DNA from: a virus
Lineage: Duplodnaviria > Caudoviricetes
Virus record (IMG/VR): IMGVR_UViG_3300012983_000031
Span: 156,296 to 220,295 of that record
DNA length: 64,000 nucleotides
Reading direction: 5' to 3' (one strand)
Positions 51,735 through 59,775 of this stretch are shown piece by piece (position 1 is the stretch's first letter; every line of letters begins with the position of its first letter). A program made the translations under genes and the position numbers. The notes beneath the pieces were generated by a model. That model was not told where the DNA came from, made no database searches, and saw only the letters and a program-made list of their open reading frames with translations.

Positions 51735-52200
51735 GTAATTATTGAGGTTGCTTTTTGAGTTCGCACTATTTATTCGAGTCGATAGTTCTCTGGAGATCGT
51801 CATCATAATGTCAGTGACATTACTTCGGATTATCCAGCTGGAAAATTCAGGAATAATTCTTCGTAAAAATCTTGGAAAAAAGTTGATAAAAAAGCTGAAG
51901 CTTTTTCCAAAAATAAATATAAGGGTGATTGCGGATAATCACCCGAATTTCTTTTCTGTTTTTTCATAATTGTTTTTGGAGAGTGGATGTGGTTCGAGAG
52001 GATAGCATCCATTTTTCGTCAATGGGACTCTGATGGCAGGTTTGCTTTTCAGGCTGTAATGTCAACGACATTACCTGACGACCGACGAGATTGAGCGGTG
52101 TTAAATACCTGTCGGTTGTGAACAAAAAAAATCAAGAGCGAACTTCACAGCCAGCCCTTGATGCTCAATAACCTAAATACTATGATAGAAAAAAAAGATA

Positions 52201-52611
52201 CTACGCAATCGATTTAACTCTGCCCTCATACGCCTTGACTATCTTTGCCAATTCCGCATCACAGGCATCGTACAATTCATCATAATCATCGTACTCATTC
52301 CGCAGTTCATCAAACCTGTTTACAAAATCTTGCGGTTCTCCGTCAATTTCCTTGTAGTACACAATCTCGAATCCGTCATAGTCGAACGACAATGTGTACG
52401 CATATTCAAGGTTGAACCAACCCTTGCAGAGTTTAACGAAGAACTCTGGTGCTTTACGTTGTGTGTAAGCGAACACAAGAAGAATGTTATCAGCCTCACG
52501 CTTTAATTTGAATGAATCAAGATTACCTACGAAATCAGCGGTAGTCATCATCCTGTCGATGTTTGCTGGTGTTCCAACAAATGCAATCACGCTGCTAATG
52601 GTCGCTGACAT
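52201..52611 (-). CDS. Hypothetical protein
   Basis: Promoter -7 at 52658-52665. Confidence 0.75.
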   Translation of the reverse strand: MSATISSVIAFVGTPANIDRMMTTADFVGNLDSFKLKREADNILLVFAYTQRKAPEFFVKLCKGWFNLEYAYTLSFDYDGFEIVYYKEIDGEPQDFVNRFDELRNEYDDYDELYDACDAELAKIVKAYEGRVKSIA

Positions 52612-53388
52612 AATTCCATTAAGTTTTAATTGGTTAATACTTCCTTTAATTATGGTACAAAGTTACTATTTTTCGCTGACCCTACCAAATAAAACGCAAA
52701 CAAATTTAAGGTCATTAACAAACTTTAACGAACTACATTGGAATGCTCATACGCCCGTGAAGGCGTTGAAGTAATGTCAGTGACATTACCTGACGCTATT
52801 GTTACCTTCTTTTGCAAATCATTGATTATCAATACGTTATATACATTTTTACATCTCATTTTCGTGATAAGATAGATACGGTGCTAACCAGAAAGTTAAT
52901 ACATTAATTTACCTGTTCCATCTGAACACTCATTAGTTGTAACAGGAGTTGTTCGAGTCTGTCGCGGGAAGTAATGTCACTGACATTACCGAACGATCTC
53001 CCGCAGGTTTTCTTAGGAAACTTATGAAAAAAAATCCAAGAAAAATACACAAGAAAAGTTGAGATTTTTTTCAGTAAAAATTTCAAGAAAAATCTTGGAA
53101 AAAATACAAGGAATACAATGAACTCATCTTGGCTTCCTCACAGCATTGTAATGTCAATGACATTACTCAGCTCGGAACTGTGCAGATTGGCTGCACAGTA
53201 ATACCTGGTACTCAGCAAGACATAGTAATTACCATCGCGTGATCTGGTGGTAATGTCACTGACATTATATCCCGATCAGGATCGATCGACAGGCATCGAT
53301 GGTCTTCTCTTGGGTTCGCTTGACACAAGCAAAAAGGACACCGAACTTATGTCCGATGTCCTACCGACTTTTGCGGCATTACTGCCGA

Positions 53389-53856
53389 TTATTGATATGC
53401 TTTCCTGTACAATGCCCAATATACTGACAACGTGTCGTTTAATGATATGTTAGACGGAAGCATAGGGTACACCTCATTCTTAATGATGATTGTTGCAAAA
53501 TCTCCGCTAACCTGCACGCTCCGAACTGCAACAACTTTGTGGCGATAAAGGATTCTCGGCATTTCAACATCCGATTCAAATTTAAGTGTGGACGATTCCC
53601 CATCATTGACACCGAACCTGTTTACAAGACCGATTATCTCATTTACAATATCATCCTGCATATCGTTGATTTCCTCAAAATACACGCAGGGCTGCTTCTT
53701 CACGTTCACTACCTTTATATCCTTTTCGGGATAGTAGTTCACACCCACCTTGCAGAACGTTCCGTTTTCGTTCGTGATGATGTCGGTGATTACACCTTCA
53801 TCCAGATAGAGATTGCACTTTGCAATTACACTCATTCCAATTTCCAAATTCTTCAT
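53389..53856 (-). CDS. Hypothetical protein
   Basis: Promoter -7 at 53903-53910 and consensus leader. Confidence 0.75.
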   Translation of the reverse strand: MKNLEIGMSVIAKCNLYLDEGVITDIITNENGTFCKVGVNYYPEKDIKVVNVKKQPCVYFEEINDMQDDIVNEIIGLVNRFGVNDGESSTLKFESDVEMPRILYRHKVVAVRSVQVSGDFATIIIKNEVYPMLPSNISLNDTLSVYWALYRKAYQ

Positions 53857-54351
53857 AATTCCATTTGTTTTTTGTTGGTTAATACTCTTTTGAATTGTGG
53901 TACAAAGTTAGTGAATTTTTATGGCATATCCAAAGGATTTAACGACAAAATGAAGGTATTTAACATTATTTAACAAACGGTATAAACAGAAGAGAAAGGA
54001 TGTGCCAGCCGAGTAATGTCATCGACATTACATCCTGAACCCGCACGTGTGGAGCGGCTCACCAAGGGATTCCGTGAAGCGTCATCATAATGTCAGTGAC
54101 ATTACATCCTGAACTGCTGCTGTATCCTCTCTTGACGAGAAGGTTCATGCGACAACCCAATCTACGGCAGCACAATCGTCTGCCTTGTACAGTTGTTAAT
54201 GTCAGTGACATTATTGGATCGGCAAGATAGCGAGGATTAACTCGTGTCGTGCGCAGATAAATATTTGGAATCGAGATCCATCGCGGCGAAGTTAATGTCA
54301 GTTACATTACCGCCAGATCACGGGATTCCTTCTGCTGGAAAGAATTATACA

Positions 54352-54447
54352 AAAAAATCAGCGGCTACCCTCACGAGCAACCGCTGACAAAAAATGTTGA
54401 TATGAGCAAAATAAAAATCCCTTAATTCATTATTCTTTTTAATTGTG
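54352..54447 (-). ncRNA. Candidate small RNA (gene-less promoter-terminator unit)
   Basis: -7 element 54451-54458; only ATG-AAT-TAA mini-ORF; body GGGAUUUUUAUUUUGCUCAUAUCAACAUUUUUUG; GTGA-loop terminator 54358-54387. Confidence 0.6.
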
Positions 54448-54914
54448 ATACAAAGTTACGGATTTCCTATGACATATACAAGAAAAACACAAACGAAATT
54501 AAGGTCATTAACAAACTTTAACGCACAGCATTGACCACCGAAATCTTCAGATGCCCGACAGCAGGTAATGTCAGTGACATTACTCAGCTCTCAGTTTCGA
54601 GTTGATTTCCATCACCGATTTCTCGTAAAAAACTTCCAAGAAAATCTCGGAAAAAAATCAAAAAAGTTTCAAGAAAAATTTCCAAGAAAAAAATGGAAAA
54701 ATTCATGCGGAAAAATCCAAAGTAATGTCGCTGACATTAAACGCTGGAAAGTATAGCAGAAGTCACTGTCCAAGCAAACAGAACGCAACAGGAGGTAATG
54801 TCGCTGACATTACAAGACGACCGAATAGGGCGGATACTAATCCGTCCTTACACAAAAAATGGGATTGCCCCTTGCGGAACAATCCCACGAAACAATTCTT
54901 ACATATATGAAAAC

Positions 54915-55469
54915 CTAACTAATCTCATAATCTTCTCCGTCAAAACTGATGGACACGATATTGTCAAAATCCACGTTGTTGGGGATAATCTGCTTGCCGA
55001 CCAACAGGCCTGCCTCGCTCTGCTTTGCAGATTCCTTGTGTTCGGGACTATATTCTTTAATGCTTTCCAACTCGCTATCGGTTGCAGGCCGTCCGTCCAC
55101 GAAATAAGAGTAACGAGTGGCGACACCATTCTTCACATAGCAACGTACATACAACTTGCCGTTGTGCTCGATAACTTTGCCCTTTACGAGCCAGGACCCC
55201 CATTTCAGACCCTCGCTCTCAAAAGTTGCAGTAGAGCCGTCAGCCACAAGTGCTTCATTCACTCTCTTCTCATAAGAGCCGCCAAAATCATAGGTGCTCT
55301 CCGCTTCTTTCTCAACTAAATGGTCAGCGACCCACGAACTGCCTTCCTTATGGTAGAAAGGGTTGTTCGTCTTATTCATCTTTGCCTCAGAACGGCTGAT
55401 GATGGTTAATTCCTCAGTTGTGGTGCTTTCAAGCAACTTTACCAAATCATTCTTACTGATAGTTTTCAT
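54915..55469 (-). CDS. Hypothetical phage protein
   Basis: KMNKTNNPF...Y..RVN...WG.W...HNGK.Y motifs. Confidence 0.8.
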   Translation of the reverse strand: MKTISKNDLVKLLESTTTEELTIISRSEAKMNKTNNPFYHKEGSSWVADHLVEKEAESTYDFGGSYEKRVNEALVADGSTATFESEGLKWGSWLVKGKVIEHNGKLYVRCYVKNGVATRYSYFVDGRPATDSELESIKEYSPEHKESAKQSEAGLLVGKQIIPNNVDFDNIVSISFDGEDYEIS

Positions 55470-55858
55470 AATTGTAAGTGGTTTAAGTTAATACTATTGT
55501 TTCCTAAATCTGTTGCAAAGTTACGGAAAATATTTGATATAAACAAGGCCTGAGGGCAACTTTTTTAAGCCATTTAACATTTTTTAACAATCTGTACGGC
55601 AGACCACTCCGCCGTGTCGGACAGTGGTGTAATGTCATTGACATTACTCGCCGATCACGAGATGGAAGACGACCTTATCTTCCAACGAATCGCTACCTTT
55701 ACTTAATTCCAAGACAACCAGTTTGGATCGCTCTGTAATGTCACCGACATTACTCTGGACGAGAAGCAGAAGTACCTGTCGGAGTACCTGCCACAAAAAA
55801 GTTGAGGCTCGCATCACTGCGAACCCCAACCACAAATTATCCCAAAATAAAGATTCCT

Positions 55859-56071
55859 TTACAAATTTGATAGCATCCACACCACCGCTGCGACTATCAG
55901 CACCACTATTAAAATCCAGAACAAGCCAGAGCAGATGCTTACTAATGCGGCAAATATACCCTCCACCGAAATACCGAACAACCAAAACAACTCTTTCAGA
56001 ACGAACCACAACATAGGCAGAACGAACACCAAGAGAAAGAGGCAGATGAATGTCTTAAATAAAAATTTCAT
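55859..56071 (-). CDS. Small membrane protein
   Basis: Almost entirely hydrophobic; promoter at ~56099. Confidence 0.7.
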   Translation of the reverse strand: MKFLFKTFICLFLLVFVLPMLWFVLKELFWLFGISVEGIFAALVSICSGLFWILIVVLIVAAVVWMLSNL

Positions 56072-56506
56072 ATCAGTTACATTTATTGGTTGATGTTGCA
56101 AAGTTACGGCTTTTTTCTGACACCGCAAAATTTTCAGTGTTAAAAAAATTAAACAACCGAAATTTTTTTTCACACGAACAACCCAAATCTCAGAAGGGCT
56201 TCACAATAATGTCACCGACATTACTCACTGGAAAAAACAACCCCTCGGTTGCCGAAGCCACCTCTATGAAGGCGGTCAATCTTACGGGCATAATGTCAGT
56301 GACATTACCCGATGGAAAAAAGGTTCCTTAGCGTTGCCTTAACGAGAGATGTTCATGCACGTCGCGCCGTCTGTAATGTCACTGACATTACTCCCTGGAA
56401 AACCAACAAGTCTTGTCTTCAGCACACGTTCAATGAACAAAAAAGTTCGGCTACCCTCACGGGCGACCGAACTCCGAATAACCTAAAACCTATTATGCGT
56501 AAATGT

Positions 56507-56668
56507 CTATATCTTCTTTATGTCAAGCGGACACTCCGACAACACGTTTAATGCCTTTCCGCACTTTCCGCAGATGTAAGTAGGCATCCAATCCGACAAA
56601 CTGCCGTATTTCGCTGACCGCTTGGTGTAAAAGGGGCAACCCCTTGATATGCAGATGCTCTTTAACAT
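56507..56668 (-). CDS. Small Cys-rich protein
   Basis: C....CP...CGKCG...CP; promoter at ~56696. Confidence 0.6.
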   Translation of the reverse strand: MLKSICISRGCPFYTKRSAKYGSLSDWMPTYICGKCGKALNVLSECPLDIKKI

Positions 56669-57208
56669 ATATCCTTGTCTTTTTGTTTTATAGTGCAAAG
56701 TTACGGCTTTTCCGTGACATACCGAAATTTTCCGTGTTAAAAAAACTTAAACCGCAAAACTTTTTTTCACGCAGCACGGCAACGCAGCAGTGCCTCCGCC
56801 TGCCAAGTAATGTCAGCGACATTACGAAGCAATGTCCATCGATTTCCGCCATTGGACATGGAAGCCAATGAGATGCTCATCAACCCGTGAACCAATCCAA
56901 GTAATGTCATCGACATTACGAAGCAATGTCCCCGCTTTTTCCGCCATTAAGAAAATTATTTATGTCAAAAATTGTTAAATAGGTGTTAAGAAACGTGAAC
57001 AAGGATTTTAACATTTTTTACGTTAAGGAATTTTGCCATATCAAATTTTTTTCGTATGTCTGTATATACGATGACATCAAACCGTGAACCTCTCAAAGTA
57101 ATGTCAGTGACATTACACAAGGGCAAGCACGAGCACGAACGTCGTTGTCAGCAAAAAAAAAGGCGACCCGCTTGGGTTCGCCATTAAATACAAGATTAAA
57201 AAATACTC

Positions 57209-57442
57209 TTACTCACCGAATATGTCGGAACTTAATTCATCGAGCAAGTCCGACACGTCATCGAGCCATCCGCTCCTCGCAAGCGTTCCCAACGCAGCCA
57301 TAGGGAAGAATATCAGCGAGAATCCAAGCAGAGGACTGATGCTGAATGTGCTGTCAGCCGCTATGATGCCGAACATGAACACCAAAACCATTAAAAGCAT
57401 TACCAGCAACTTGAAACTTTTATACAACATAAGTGCGTGCAT
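57209..57442 (-). CDS. Small two-TM membrane protein
   Basis: Two hydrophobic helices, acidic tail; promoter -7 at ~57484. Confidence 0.7.
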   Translation of the reverse strand: MHALMLYKSFKLLVMLLMVLVFMFGIIAADSTFSISPLLGFSLIFFPMAALGTLARSGWLDDVSDLLDELSSDIFGE

Positions 57443-58667
57443 AAGAATCTACTTTTTTAGTTAAACTATTTATGTTATCTTATGCAAAGTTACGAACTTC
57501 ATGGCAAACACGCAATAGGTAAATTCCTATTTCACAAATATTAACATAAGGATGCGGCAGAACAGCAAGAATCTTGATGCTGTAAGTAATGTCAGTGACA
57601 TTATGTAAGCAAAAATGATGACTTTGCTTACACACTTTTGAAAAACCTCGGAACTTTTTTTGCAAGAGGTGTCATTTTGATAGGTGAACTGCAATTTTTG
57701 CTTACAATATGTCAAAACGCACGTTTATACGCCGAAAACGCTGGGCAACAGGGGGTAATGTCAGTGACATTATCACCAGATCACCCAGAAACACCCCTAA
57801 ATGACCAATATTTGATGGCATATATGGAAGGTATATGATATATGGTGCCTACGCATATCATGCCAAAAACATTATCAAATTCAGCACGTGCGGACATATT
57901 TTATATCTGATAACGAAATCGTCACCGAAGAATTTTTATTGCGATACGGAAAGGAATGCGGAAAGGGATACGGAAGTTCGTTCGGAAATACGTACTGATT
58001 CTGCTACCGAAAGTGTTAACAAATGTTAAACGGAAATTGATACTACTCCAAGCAAACAGAAGTAAACGGTAGGTAATGTCAATGACATTACTGAAGCTGC
58101 AAAGACGACGCGATTCAGTAGAGGGGGTTCTGAATTGGCTCAGAAACGGACCTTGGAAAGGGGCCGATTTTTTGGGTTCGGGAGAGGGGGACCGAGGGGG
58201 ACCTTTGATCCCGTAAGCGAACTCCAGGAATCAGATTAAAATTAATTCTATTATTTTTCCCCCACTTTTCCCCACTAAGTATCGAACTCCAGTAATTACT
58301 TATGTTCTTATATTTTTGGATCTTCAACATTATTAATAATGTTGTAATATTTTTTCAAGATAATTTAGAATTATTTCTTGTGTTCGTTATCATGTATTAT
58401 TTTTTGTATTTCAGTTAATTATCTGTCATTTTAATATTTTTTTTCTTTATTGTATATCATTCTTGTGTTGAAATATATTATTTTTCTTTTCAGAGATCGA
58501 ACTCCAGGAATTGGTTAGTTATAGTTGTTTATCTATTCGTTCGAACTCCAGTTGTTTATTGTTTGTTCACATATTTTTTTTCATGTTTTGCTTAAAAAGT
58601 CATTTATTTATTTTTCTATATGGATTAAAAGTAGTATCTTTGCGTCGCGAATTAATTTTTGTTTATT

Positions 58668-59138
58668 ATGGAAAGAATTGATAGGGATTTATTGTTAAGG
58701 GATTTATGTTCCCGTATTCCTTACGGTGTTGTATGTGAGGGTTATTACATGGAGGAATCTGGTTATGGTGTTCCTTATGGCAGTCGTGATCGTATAGTTG
58801 GCAATGTTGACGGCATTGATCATATTGGTTTTGATGATGGTGAGGTATATGTGATAATTGATGGTATTCCCTGTGAGTTATCTGATGTTCGTTGTTTTTT
58901 GCGTTCGATGGATTCGATGGATGATGAAGAACGTAAATGTTTAAAGACGTTGGTTAGTGAAGATTTATCCGAGTTTGGAAAATTCATTAAAGACGGTCAT
59001 GGTTTATCTCATGATGGGCTGTACATGTTTGATAAGCAAAGGCAGCTTGATTGGCTACTTAAAAACCATTTCGATTTCAGTGGTATAATAGATAAAGGTT
59101 TGGCGTTAGAAGCCCAAAATGGTATGTATAGCAAATAA
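58668..59138 (+). CDS. DLSARLPYGV-family phage protein (paralog)
   Basis: LLRDLCSRIPYGV...LRSMDSM...LDWL..HFD..G.I..GLALEA..GMY. Confidence 0.8.
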   Translation: MERIDRDLLLRDLCSRIPYGVVCEGYYMEESGYGVPYGSRDRIVGNVDGIDHIGFDDGEVYVIIDGIPCELSDVRCFLRSMDSMDDEERKCLKTLVSEDLSEFGKFIKDGHGLSHDGLYMFDKQRQLDWLLKNHFDFSGIIDKGLALEAQNGMYSK

Positions 59139-59493
59139 AATTATTTTAATTTTATGTCTGTCATTGAATGTTGCATAATGCTTTGTATTGCGATTGCTGT
59201 ATGTTTCGTTTGCGCGATAATATTTTTTTGTAATTCTAAGGATCATGTTTAGTATATATAACATTTTGATTGTGGTTGTTGTTGCTTACGCGATAAGGCA
59301 TTTTCTCAAAAGTATGAATGAGGATTAGGATATGGTCATTATGATTTGGATCCGATAGCGTAATCGTTGGTGAATTCAGCAGGGCTGCAGCGTTATTAAC
59401 ACAATTTAACAGAAATAATTTTCTCATTTGAAATAAAAGTTGTAACTTTGCAACAGGATTTTAAAAAGTAATAATTAAAAACGATTAAATCAT

Positions 59494-59775
59494 ATGGCAA
59501 AGTACACATGTATGGATTGTATCAACTATCAGCCGCCGAAGACGGTGTTTGATTGTTTTGAAGATATTGGTGGCGGCGTTTTTGTTCCGAAGGACAAGCG
59601 TATTGATCATCGTTGTGAAAAGTGTCCTGCTGCGTTTGCGAAGTTCTGGAAGGAGAACGGCAGTAAGAATCGAAAGGATATAGTGTTTGATTTGGAATGC
59701 TTCGATCCAAATGAATTCTTAAAGAGAACGGATAAGTTAATTAAGTTATCAGAAAAAATATTGAATAGGTTATGA
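59494..59775 (+). CDS. Cys-containing hypothetical protein
   Basis: Promoter -7 at 59443-59450. Confidence 0.7.
   Translation: MAKYTCMDCINYQPPKTVFDCFEDIGGGVFVPKDKRIDHRCEKCPAAFAKFWKENGSKNRKDIVFDLECFDPNEFLKRTDKLIKLSEKILNRL

Larger units (their letters stand above)
8175..58091. repeat. Dispersed 19-bp palindrome GTAATGTCAnTGACATTAC (~62 copies)
   Basis: Starts: 8175, 8203, 8274, 11630, 13074, 16695, 18662, 20331, 21748, 24011, 26737, 28007, 30334, 31590, 34664, 36661, 36745, 36849, 38838, 40200, 41951, 43350, 44419, 44545, 45512, 45595, 46382, 46474, 46557, 47285, 48217, 48301, 48753, 49364, 50657, 51105, 51197, 51387, 51805, 52056, 52771, 52971, 53148, 53250, 54013, 54087, 54196, 54292, 54565, 54722, 54795, 55629, 55735, 56206, 56290, 56373, 56807, 56901, 57098, 57586, 57755, 58073 (0-2 mismatches). 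Confidence 0.97.

Noticed and set aside
54013-57116. CRISPR array formed by clustered palindromes
   Set aside because: Repeat is only 19 bp, spacers are 55-250 bp and interrupted by genes, some spacers are copies of each other, and no cas genes or leader are visible.
46413-58029. Short ORFs containing VMSLTL/VMSVTL/NVNDIT peptides (e.g. 46413, 48155, 53247, 54568, 55644, 56312, 57638)
   Set aside because: These peptides are translations of the 19-bp palindrome in intergenic DNA; the ORFs lack leaders and overlap regulatory elements.
8175-58091. Classical integron (attC cassettes) or IS/MITE family
   Set aside because: No integrase or transposase in the window, no attC R/L box structure, no target-site duplications, and cassettes carry their own promoters.
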